DNA of 32,000 bases from Patescibacteria group bacterium (GTDB taxonomy: Bacteria; Patescibacteriota; Minisyncoccia; JAHIHE01; JAGLIN01): NCBI GenBank assembly GCA_019428855.1, contig JAHYJV010000006.1:17934-49933 (forward strand), in the 5' to 3' direction. The position numbers were made by a program, and so were the translations under genes. The stretch's first letter is position 1, and each line of letters begins with the position of its first letter. The notes beneath the pieces are model-generated. The model ran no database searches. It saw only the letters and a program-made list of their open reading frames with translations, and had not been told where the DNA came from. This document shows, piece after piece, positions 8,941 through 16,375 of the stretch.

Positions 8941-9064
8941 TAAGTTTTGACTCTCCCCGAATTCAAACCCCGAAGCCCCTTTTTATGGTATCATATACTG
9001 ACAAACAAATAATTCAGACCACTCCTTGCTGATAATCCTGGATTTAATTTTCAATTCTTTGTTG

Positions 9065-9200
9065 GCTCCACAGGGCTATTGCCACAATGGAGCCAATGCT
9101 GATGTTTTTTAAATTTCTAATTTTCAAACTTTTGATGAGAGGTAAAGCATCTGTCATCCTGAATTAAATTCAGGATCTTTTGTCTGCAACCTCTAACTTA
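9065..9200 (+). repeat. 136-nt mosaic palindromic element, copy 2
   Basis: Collinear with 1544-1679. It contains a ggctcca-N17-tggagcc hairpin and the perfect palindrome module tgtcatcctgaattaaattcaggatc (9152-9177). Confidence 0.85.
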
Positions 9201-9296
9201 TATCATTTAATACAATGCTTTCTTTTACAATCAAAACACAGTTGAACGATTTATGGGATAATTCAGCGTAATATATTGGAGCTTCTTAATCAAGTC

Positions 9297-9317
9297 TTCG
9301 ACAAGCTTAGACTGACA
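9297..9317 (+). repeat. solo remnant of the MITE core arm
   Basis: ttcgacaagcttagactgaca resembles ttcgacaagctcactatgaca, the right arm of the 122-nt element at 18845-18966. Confidence 0.5.
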
Positions 9318-9392
9318 TTGTTCACAGTGACATTGTTATATAAAATCGCTGAAGGAGTTTCCTTTGATATCTTATTTAGTCTAAGACTAATC

Positions 9393-9428
9393 AAAAAATC
9401 TCTGCGAGAAAACTGACAGAGATTTTTT
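9393..9428. terminator. bidirectional intrinsic terminator downstream of the DHH-like gene
   Basis: aaaaa-atctctg-N11-cagagat-tttttt. A runs precede it and T runs follow it. Confidence 0.7.
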
Positions 9429-9448
9429 ATCAAACATTCGCTAAGCTT

Positions 9449-10585
9449 TTACAATAAACTATCTTTCCAGCTTTTAATCTTTTTAAGAACATCTTTTTCA
9501 GCAAGTTCAAGCTTAGCCTGATCAGATGTGAAAAATATTTGATTTTCTTCTATTCTGCCATTGAAGATATTCTTAAAATCATCAATTTTAATTTTTTCAG
9601 AAAAATTTATTATGCCCTTGATTTTTTCCTTATCTTTATATAATAAAAACATTAAATCAAATTCAGGAGAGCTGTTTGCTAATTCATTGACAACCAGATT
9701 AATATTTTCAGGAGAAGTGTTTGTTCGAAGAAAATCTTCATCCTCGACAATGCTCCATCCTAATTTATGTTGAGAATTGTATTTGAGGTTGGACATAATA
9801 GTCCCCATTAATTTTAATGTTGAAATCGATTTTGTTTTATATAGGTAACGGATAATTTCTTCTTTATTAGCCCCTTTTGTAATTAGAGAAGCAGCTGCTA
9901 AAAAAGCTTTGGGGGTTGTATTCTTGTTTTGAAAGCTGTCAGTTTTTATAATAATTCCTGTTAAAAGATTGGTGGCAACTTTATCGTCGATTAACTTCTC
10001 ATCAATGCCAGAAATTATTCCATGTACAATTTCTGAGGTTGAAGAAACCGCCACATCTACTAAGTTAATTTTGCCAAAATATTCGTTTGAGGGGCTATTA
10101 TCAATATTGATAATAGGAGCTTCATAAAAAAGTTCTGGGTTTTCATCATAAAGACTACCAAGGTTTTCTAAATCCGAGGTTCCTAAAACAATAATTAAAT
10201 CATATTTAAACTTTGAAGATTCCAGGCTTATATTTTTTTCTTTTAAATCTCCATTTTTTGCTGTTATGAAAATCTTCAATTTGTTATCTTCTACCTCGTA
10301 TCTGAGTTGCTGGAGCTTATCTTTTCTGATGTCAACTGAGAAAATATAGTCGCGAGCACCTTCGAGTTTATGGGTGATTAGTTGTGAAGAGGGTAGGTAG
10401 GAAAATTTTTCTAAAATCGCGGTGGGACATACAACATCTGTTTTTTTCCCTAATTTTTTTAGAGCCAGATAAAAACCTAAAGCAGCACCCAGGGCGTCGC
10501 CAGTGGGGTTTTTGGCCATACAAAGCAATATTGTCTCACTTTTATTGATTTGGTCAATTATTTGTTCTTTTGATGAAAATCCCAT
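9449..10585 (-). CDS. DHH-family phosphoesterase-like protein (NrnA-like fold, degenerate motifs)
   Basis: Length and layout match NrnA-type DHH/DHHA1 proteins: NPTGDALGAALG, IIVLGTSD, INIDNSPSNEYFG, LLTGIIIKTDSF. The DHH histidines are replaced by NS, and I cannot see a GGGH motif. Confidence 0.65.
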   Translation of the reverse strand: MGFSSKEQIIDQINKSETILLCMAKNPTGDALGAALGFYLALKKLGKKTDVVCPTAILEKFSYLPSSQLITHKLEGARDYIFSVDIRKDKLQQLRYEVEDNKLKIFITAKNGDLKEKNISLESSKFKYDLIIVLGTSDLENLGSLYDENPELFYEAPIINIDNSPSNEYFGKINLVDVAVSSTSEIVHGIISGIDEKLIDDKVATNLLTGIIIKTDSFQNKNTTPKAFLAAASLITKGANKEEIIRYLYKTKSISTLKLMGTIMSNLKYNSQHKLGWSIVEDEDFLRTNTSPENINLVVNELANSSPEFDLMFLLYKDKEKIKGIINFSEKIKIDDFKNIFNGRIEENQIFFTSDQAKLELAEKDVLKKIKSWKDSLL

Positions 10586-10746
10586 GTATTTAAGATTTAT
10601 TGAAGATTAAGTTATTATTTTGTTGATTAGTTAATTTATCATATCTAAAAAATATGTCAAGTATTTGTGCAAGATGAGTACATAGGTAACACATTACTAA
10701 ATTCTAACGGGACATTAGCACATACTTATCATAAATTAAAAAATCT

Positions 10747-10775
10747 TTGATTATTATTATGTTAAGCGGTATAAT
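10747..10775 (+). promoter_or_regulatory. sigma70-like promoter for tsaE
   Basis: TTGATT, 17-nt spacer, TATAAT, 30 nt upstream of ATG 10805. Confidence 0.6.
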
Positions 10776-10804
10776 GAAGGTGTAATTTGGTTTTAAATAG
10801 TTGT

Positions 10805-11284
10805 ATGAATCAAAAGGAAATCGTAACAAAAAATGGGCAAGAAACGAAGGAGCTTGCAAGAATACTCTGCAGTCAATGGCTGGAGATTAATAAGTCCAAA
10901 AATTCGAATTGGTTAGTTTGTCTTTATGGAGATCTCGGTGGAGGAAAAACAACTTTTTCACAGGGGATTGGTGAGGAGTTGGGTGTCAAAGAAATTGTAA
11001 ATAGTCCGACTTTTCTGATTATGAAAAAATATTTGTCAGCTCGGAAGGCAAACAAGAAATACACTTTATATCATTTTGACTGCTATCGAATTTCTGATGC
11101 ACAAGAGATTTTGGACTTAGGTTGGGAGGACATCATCAACGGAGAAAACAATATCATTCTCGTTGAGTGGCCAGAAAGAATTGAAAAAATATTGCCAAAG
11201 ACAAGGTTGAATTTGAAGTTTGAAGTTATAGGTGAGGATGAAAGAAAAATTGTTTTTGAAAAATCGCCAATATTAAAATGTTAA
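10805..11284 (+). CDS. tsaE: tRNA t6A37 biosynthesis ATPase TsaE (YjeE)
   Basis: Walker A GDLGGGKTT, SPTFLIMKKY, and HFDCYRI...WPE, the characteristic TsaE blocks. The ORF is open from a TTG at 10787. Confidence 0.85.
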   Translation: MNQKEIVTKNGQETKELARILCSQWLEINKSKNSNWLVCLYGDLGGGKTTFSQGIGEELGVKEIVNSPTFLIMKKYLSARKANKKYTLYHFDCYRISDAQEILDLGWEDIINGENNIILVEWPERIEKILPKTRLNLKFEVIGEDERKIVFEKSPILKC

Positions 11285-11293
11285 AATAAATCT

Positions 11294-11602
11294 ATGATTA
11301 CAAAAACATATCTTGATGGAAAATTAAACCAACTTGAAGAAAGTTTGAAAAGAAGGATTGAAACAAACGAAAATATGCAAACGGAAGAGATTGATAAAAA
11401 GATTGCAGACTTAAGAGAGGACGTGGAATTGATAAATGAAAAACTTATTGAGAACAAAGATATTATTGATAATTATTTATTTAAACATAATGGTTTAAAA
11501 CAAAGAGTTGAGGTTCTGGAAGGAATGTCTGAGGAAATAAATGAAAATGATAACCAGCAGAATAATAATGATATAGAACAAATAACCAATGATTTACAAT
11601 AA
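11294..11602 (+). CDS. hypothetical acidic coiled-coil protein
   Basis: 102-aa ORF starting 9 nt after the tsaE stop. It has heptad-like E/K/L-rich composition and an N/Q/D-rich tail. I recognise no family. Confidence 0.45.
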   Translation: MITKTYLDGKLNQLEESLKRRIETNENMQTEEIDKKIADLREDVELINEKLIENKDIIDNYLFKHNGLKQRVEVLEGMSEEINENDNQQNNNDIEQITNDLQ

Positions 11603-11714
11603 TTAATAGATGGGAAAATCCTTAAAAAAATATTTTAATGGTAACCTTATTCTGTGTCTGAATAATATATAGAATTAAAATAAAGGTGATAAACTGGTAA
11701 AAAATAAAAAGACT

Positions 11715-11993
11715 ATGAAGGTAAGTCCGTGTTTTGCGGCACAAATAATGTTATTGCTTTTTAAAGGAAAAGCACTGCCAGAATTGGACAGTGAAATTAA
11801 GATTAACACAATTCAATGGCTGAAGCATAAAGCCCTCCTGACAAAAGAAAGCGAATTGACAAACAAAGGGGAGAGAATTACAAAGGGGATTAGGGATGAA
11901 GAAATAATCGTTATATATTTTAAAAGAATATTTTTGAAAAAACAGATTAAACGAGAAAATCAAATCTCGTTTATTTTTTTGCCTAAAACCTGA
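11715..11993 (+). CDS. hypothetical protein (doubtful)
   Basis: 92-aa ORF whose 3' end runs through an intrinsic terminator hairpin. The middle section (IQWLKHKALLTKESELTNKGERI) is vaguely winged-helix-like. The region could instead be non-coding. Confidence 0.25.
   Translation: MKVSPCFAAQIMLLLFKGKALPELDSEIKINTIQWLKHKALLTKESELTNKGERITKGIRDEEIIVIYFKRIFLKKQIKRENQISFIFLPKT
11949..11980 (+). terminator. intrinsic terminator
   Basis: aaacgaga-aaatcaaa-tctcgttt followed by attttttt. Confidence 0.65.
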
Positions 11994-12041
11994 AAAAAGC
12001 TATAATAAAGACAACGATAATTTGTGGTAAAGAAAATTTAT

Positions 12042-14789
12042 ATGGATAATAAAAAAAGATTAATCTTGATAGATGGGAATGCTTTGATGCATCGGGCCTA
12101 TCATGCCATTCCACCACTGACCACGCGAAACGGAGAAATGATTAATGCCGTTTATGGTTTTACATCGGTTCTTTTGGGAGTTATCAAAGAGCTTAAGCCG
12201 GATTGTATTATCTGTACCTTTGATGTGGAGGGCGGGACTTTTCGTGATGAAATTTATGCTGAATATAAAGCAGGAAGAAAAAAACCGGAACAAGATTTTT
12301 ATGATCAAATTCCGAAAATCAAAGAAGTTGTCAAAGTTTTGAATATTCCCATTATTGAGAAAAAAGGTTTTGAGGCTGATGATGTGATTGGCTCACTGGC
12401 CAGACAACTTGGAAAAAACGGACAATATGAAACTATTATTGTGACTGGAGATTTGGATACTTTACAGTTAGTAGACGAGAATACGAAAGTTTTTACTTTG
12501 CGTAAAGGTATCAAAGATACGATTATTTATGATGAAAAAGGAGTTTTCGAAAAGTATGGTTTTTCTCCAGAGTTTGTCGTGGACTATAAAGGTTTACGAG
12601 GAGACCCATCGGACAATATTCCTGGAGTAGCGGGGATTGGAGAAAAGGGAGCGACCGAGTTGTTGCAAAATTTTGGGTCCATTGAAAAACTTTATGAGGC
12701 AATTGAGAAAGACAAAACGCAAGATTTGATTAAGCCTCGTATCAAGGAAAAATTAATTGCTGAAAAGGAAAAAGCCCTGATGAGCAAGAAACTGGCCACG
12801 ATTGATTGCGAAATGAATATTGATTTTGATTTGGAGTCCTGCACTTGGGGGGACTATAACAAGTCGGAGTTGAATAAATTATTTCGAGAATTTGAGTTTT
12901 ATTCTTTGATGGATCGAGTTGAAGATGCCAATAATAATCAAGAAAAAAAAGACATTGTGCCAGAAAAAAAGATTGAAAATATAATCATAGATTCAAACGA
13001 GAAAATTGATATTTTTTTAGCTAAGCTCGAAAAACAAAAAAAGTTTTTTTTCCAAACAAAAAGTAGCGACGGGAATCTGGTAGAAAAGGATTCAATCGGC
13101 CTTACATTTTTTTGGCCTCAAAGTTCAATTTATACTATTCCGCTTGTTCTTTCTGATAATAATCAAAATTTGTTTTGTACTAACTTTACGGCTGATAATT
13201 TAATTTTGAAAAAAATTCAGCCTTTTTTAGAGGATAAAAAATATCAGAAAATTGGTTTTTTTTTGAAGCGAGACATTGAAACTCTTTTTGATCACGGGAT
13301 TAAAATTCGAGGGCTTTATTTTGACATTATGCTGGCTTCCTATGTGCTTGATCCAGGTAGGAGAGATTACAGTCCCGAAAAAATCATTTTTGATTGCTTG
13401 GGATATAAAATTCAAGAGCAAGCTATTGTAACGAAAAATAGTAGCTTGGCTTCTTTCGGCTATATGTTTGAAGTTTATGACGAGCTTCAGAAGAGATTGA
13501 AGGAAAAAGATATGGAAGATCTTTTTTTCAAAATTGAGATGCCCCTGGTGGAAATTTTGGTAAAGATGGAAATGAATGGAATTAGTTTAGATGTGAAGCT
13601 CTTGAACATTCTTTCGCAAGAGCTGAAGGAAAAAATATTCAAGCTGGAAGAAAAAATTTATTCACTTGCAGGAGAGAAAAATTTCAACATCAATTCATCT
13701 CAACAGTTGTCGGTTATTTTGTTTGAGAAAATGAAATTGCCCACCGAAGGTGTCAAGAAAACAAAAACAGGCTATTCCATTGCCGCACCTGAAATGGAAA
13801 AGTTAAAAGAGCAACATATTATAATTAGTTTTATCTCCGAGTATAAAGAATTGGTTAAATTGAAAAATACTTATGTGGACACTTTGCCAAAATTGGTCAG
13901 CCAAAAAACAAATAGACTCCATACGACCTTTAATCAAACCATCACGGCCACGGGGAGGCTTTCGTCTTCGGACCCGAATTTGCAAAATATTCCCGTGCGT
14001 ACGGAAGTGGGGCGAAAAATTCGCAAGGCTTTTATTTCTGAGCAGGGGAGAAAACTTGTTTCAGCGGATTATTCTCAAATTGAATTGCGAGTGGTGGCGA
14101 TGGTGGCAGATGACCAAAAAATGAAAGAAATTTTCAACAGTGGTCTTGATATTCACAGTGCGACGGCGGCGGAAGTCAATCAAGTTTCTCTCGACGAAGT
14201 AACTGCTGAGATGAGAAGGGCAGCCAAGGCTTTAAATTTCGGAATCATTTACGGGATGAGCACTTTTGGATTTGCTCGTTCGGCGGGGATTGAGAATGAT
14301 AAAGCGAAAGAATTTATCAAAAATTATATGGAAAAATTTTCTGGCGTTGCTAAATATATTGAAAAGTCAAAAGAAGACGCCCGCAAAAATGGTTACGCGG
14401 AAACGATTTGGGGTCGTCGCAGATATTTACCTGAAATCAATTCTTCGAACGGTCTAATTCGCAGCTCAGCCGAAAGAATGGCCATCAATATGCCCATTCA
14501 AGGGGCAGCCGCGGATATTATGAAAATAGCGATGCTCAAGATTGATAATTGGGTTAGTGAGTATAATTTGAAAAATCCTGATGCTATAAAACTGCTTTTG
14601 CAAGTTCATGATGAACTAATCTTTTCTATTAAAGAAGAAAATATCATCGAAGCCACAAAAAAAATTTGTGAAATTATGGAAAGTAGTCACTTAGAGCTTG
14701 ATGGCAAAAAAATCGATTTCCCCGTGCCAATAGTAGTGGATGTAAAGGCGGGGGATAATTGGGAGGAGATGAGTTATCTAAATTTTTAG
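12042..14789 (+). CDS. polA: DNA polymerase I
   Basis: 5' nuclease domain (LILIDGNALMHRAYHA, GDPSDNIPGVAGIGEKGA). Polymerase motif A LVSADYSQIELRV, motif B RRAAKALNFGIIYG, motif C LLQVHDEL. The ORF is open from a GTG at 12024. Confidence 0.95.
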   Translation: MDNKKRLILIDGNALMHRAYHAIPPLTTRNGEMINAVYGFTSVLLGVIKELKPDCIICTFDVEGGTFRDEIYAEYKAGRKKPEQDFYDQIPKIKEVVKVLNIPIIEKKGFEADDVIGSLARQLGKNGQYETIIVTGDLDTLQLVDENTKVFTLRKGIKDTIIYDEKGVFEKYGFSPEFVVDYKGLRGDPSDNIPGVAGIGEKGATELLQNFGSIEKLYEAIEKDKTQDLIKPRIKEKLIAEKEKALMSKKLATIDCEMNIDFDLESCTWGDYNKSELNKLFREFEFYSLMDRVEDANNNQEKKDIVPEKKIENIIIDSNEKIDIFLAKLEKQKKFFFQTKSSDGNLVEKDSIGLTFFWPQSSIYTIPLVLSDNNQNLFCTNFTADNLILKKIQPFLEDKKYQKIGFFLKRDIETLFDHGIKIRGLYFDIMLASYVLDPGRRDYSPEKIIFDCLGYKIQEQAIVTKNSSLASFGYMFEVYDELQKRLKEKDMEDLFFKIEMPLVEILVKMEMNGISLDVKLLNILSQELKEKIFKLEEKIYSLAGEKNFNINSSQQLSVILFEKMKLPTEGVKKTKTGYSIAAPEMEKLKEQHIIISFISEYKELVKLKNTYVDTLPKLVSQKTNRLHTTFNQTITATGRLSSSDPNLQNIPVRTEVGRKIRKAFISEQGRKLVSADYSQIELRVVAMVADDQKMKEIFNSGLDIHSATAAEVNQVSLDEVTAEMRRAAKALNFGIIYGMSTFGFARSAGIENDKAKEFIKNYMEKFSGVAKYIEKSKEDARKNGYAETIWGRRRYLPEINSSNGLIRSSAERMAINMPIQGAAADIMKIAMLKIDNWVSEYNLKNPDAIKLLLQVHDELIFSIKEENIIEATKKICEIMESSHLELDGKKIDFPVPIVVDVKAGDNWEEMSYLNF

Positions 14790-14848
14790 ATAATATTTTT
14801 TTGTGACATTAACAGCATACGAAAACCTTTATATAAAGTTGACTAGAC

Positions 14849-14877
14849 TTGACATAAATTTTTTTGTATTAGAATAA
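14849..14877 (+). promoter_or_regulatory. possible promoter of an orphan short transcript
   Basis: TTGACA at 14849-14854, followed either by TAGAAT after a 15-nt spacer or by GAATAA after a 17-nt spacer. The spacing is suboptimal. Confidence 0.35.
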
Positions 14878-14879
14878 AA

Positions 14880-15062
14880 TTAATGAATAAAAATCGCCTA
14901 ATTATGCGGACGGAATTAAGGCATATTGCAAGGGAGGAGACTCCTGAAGGTATGTCTTAATATGGATGTAAGCACAGTGAGAAATGAAAAAAAACAAGAT
15001 TTTCTTGGGCGGTGATACCATCTAAATCAACAAAAGTGATCATATCACTTTTGTTATTTGTT
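14880..15062 (+). ncRNA. candidate small RNA or leader (class unknown)
   Basis: About 180 nt between a candidate promoter and a 12-bp-stem terminator. It has internal stems (cctaatt/aattaagg and taaggcata/tatgtctta). Only 17-25 codon ORFs without a visible SD are present. Confidence 0.3.
15029..15062 (+). terminator. intrinsic terminator
   Basis: aacaaaagtgat-cat-atcacttttgtt followed by atttgtt. Confidence 0.55.
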
Positions 15063-15086
15063 AAAGAAATCCCAAATCTCAGTAGT

Positions 15087-15115
15087 TTGTTTTTGTTTGA
15101 GTAATATTATATAAT
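15087..15115 (+). promoter_or_regulatory. sigma70-like promoter for the DUF3048 gene
   Basis: TTGTTT, 17-nt spacer, TATAAT. Confidence 0.45.
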
Positions 15116-15142
15116 AAAAGCAGGTAAAATGATAATTGTGGT

Positions 15143-15183
15143 AACAGGGGCTAAACCTCTGATTCAGGGGTTTAGCCCCTGTT
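15143..15183 (+). promoter_or_regulatory. 18-bp GC-rich hairpin in the 5' leader
   Basis: aacaggggctaaacctct-gattc-aggggtttagcccctgtt: 17 Watson-Crick pairs plus 1 GU and a 5-nt loop, with no T tract after it. It ends 17 nt before ATG 15200. Confidence 0.6.
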
Positions 15184-15199
15184 GCTTAGTAATTTTGTA

Positions 15200-16300
15200 A
15201 TGAATATAAATATGATAAAAATAGTCTTAAATGATATTCAAAAAAAATATATAATTATTGCGGTGGCATTATTAATTCTGGTAGTTATTTTTTTTGCCAC
15301 AATAGACAAGTGGCTTTGGAGTAGAACAATAACGATTGAGAATGAAAGTCAGGATAGAATGGCTTTAAGTGATGATAAAAGCGAAGAAGAGGAGAAAGAA
15401 GCAGATGTTAAAGATCAAAGCTTAATAAATGGAATTGAATGTGACAGTGCCAAGGCAAGACCCTTTGCCATTATGCATGCCGGAGACTTAGAAGCCTGGC
15501 CCTTAAGTGGTATTGCTGATGCTGATTTGGTTGTAGAAATGCCCGTCGTGACAAATGGAATTACGCGCTATATGTCACTTTATGTTTGCCAAGAGCCAGC
15601 TGAAATCGGCAGTATCAGAAGTGCGCGACACGATTTTATTCCCCTAGCAATGGGATTTGATGCGATTTTTGCTCATTGGGGTGGGTCGCACTATGCCCTT
15701 GAAAAGTTGAACAACGGCATTATGGACAATGTAAATGCTTTATATCTTGACGGTAGTGTGTTTTTCCGCAAGCCAGGTCTTCCGAAACCACATGATGGCT
15801 TTACTACCGTGGAAAAATTGAGAGAATATTCTGAGCGTCAGGGATACAGATTGGAAAGTAATTTTGCAGGATATAAATTTTATGACCAAGAAAATCCGAC
15901 CGAAAAAAATGGAAAAATAACCATTGGCTATCCATCGGTCTATAAGGTTGCTTATCACTATGATTTTACAAAAAATCTCTATTATCGATTAAAAGGAGAT
16001 AAGATTGATAAAGACAAGTTAACTTCAGAACAAATTAGTGCGAAAAATGTGGTGATTATGTTTGCTGCATCAAGGCAGATTGAAGGGCAGTATAATGACA
16101 TGGACATTGAAGGAGAGGGTGAGGCGATTGTCTATCAAAATGGTTCGGAAATCAGAGGGAAATGGAGTAAAGATAAAAAAGATATGAAATCGAAATTATT
16201 CTTTTTCAATCAGGCAGGCGAGGAAATCAAGTTTGTTCCAGGAAAAATTTGGATTCAAGTTGTGCAAACAAATCAGGAGGTGAGTTGGAAGGTGGAATAG
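15200..16300 (+). CDS. DUF3048 domain protein (YerB-like, membrane-anchored)
   Basis: N-terminal TM helix. RPFAIMHAGDLEAWPLSGIADADLVVEMPVVTNGITRYMSLY and IGSIRSARHDFIPLA match the conserved DUF3048 blocks. The ORF is open from a TTG at 15182. Confidence 0.75.
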   Translation: MNINMIKIVLNDIQKKYIIIAVALLILVVIFFATIDKWLWSRTITIENESQDRMALSDDKSEEEEKEADVKDQSLINGIECDSAKARPFAIMHAGDLEAWPLSGIADADLVVEMPVVTNGITRYMSLYVCQEPAEIGSIRSARHDFIPLAMGFDAIFAHWGGSHYALEKLNNGIMDNVNALYLDGSVFFRKPGLPKPHDGFTTVEKLREYSERQGYRLESNFAGYKFYDQENPTEKNGKITIGYPSVYKVAYHYDFTKNLYYRLKGDKIDKDKLTSEQISAKNVVIMFAASRQIEGQYNDMDIEGEGEAIVYQNGSEIRGKWSKDKKDMKSKLFFFNQAGEEIKFVPGKIWIQVVQTNQEVSWKVE

Positions 16301-16306
16301 TAGAAT

Positions 16307-16334
16307 TTGACAATAGTTATAAAATAGGTATAAA
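16307..16334 (+). promoter_or_regulatory. sigma70-like promoter for fic
   Basis: TTGACA at 16307-16312, 16-nt spacer, TATAAA at 16329-16334. Confidence 0.5.
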
Positions 16335-16357
16335 CTAGGTATAGTTATACCTATTTT
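16321..16357. promoter_or_regulatory. perfect 12-bp inverted repeat overlapping the fic -10 box
   Basis: aaaataggtata (16321-16332) and tatacctatttt (16346-16357), separated by 13 nt. The octamer taggtata occurs twice directly and once inverted. The site could also terminate the upstream gene. Confidence 0.55.
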
Positions 16358-16375
16358 ATTATTATAAATATAAAT

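Noticed and set aside
11715-11735. gaaggtaagtccgtg resembles the RNase P RNA CR-I/P4 motif GAGGAAAGUCC
   Set aside because: No complementary P4 3' strand or ACAGAA-CCGGCUUA-like CR-IV/V motif occurs in the following ~400 nt. The upstream sequence is unstructured A/T-rich DNA. The region also carries a 92-aa ORF, so the match is most likely chance.
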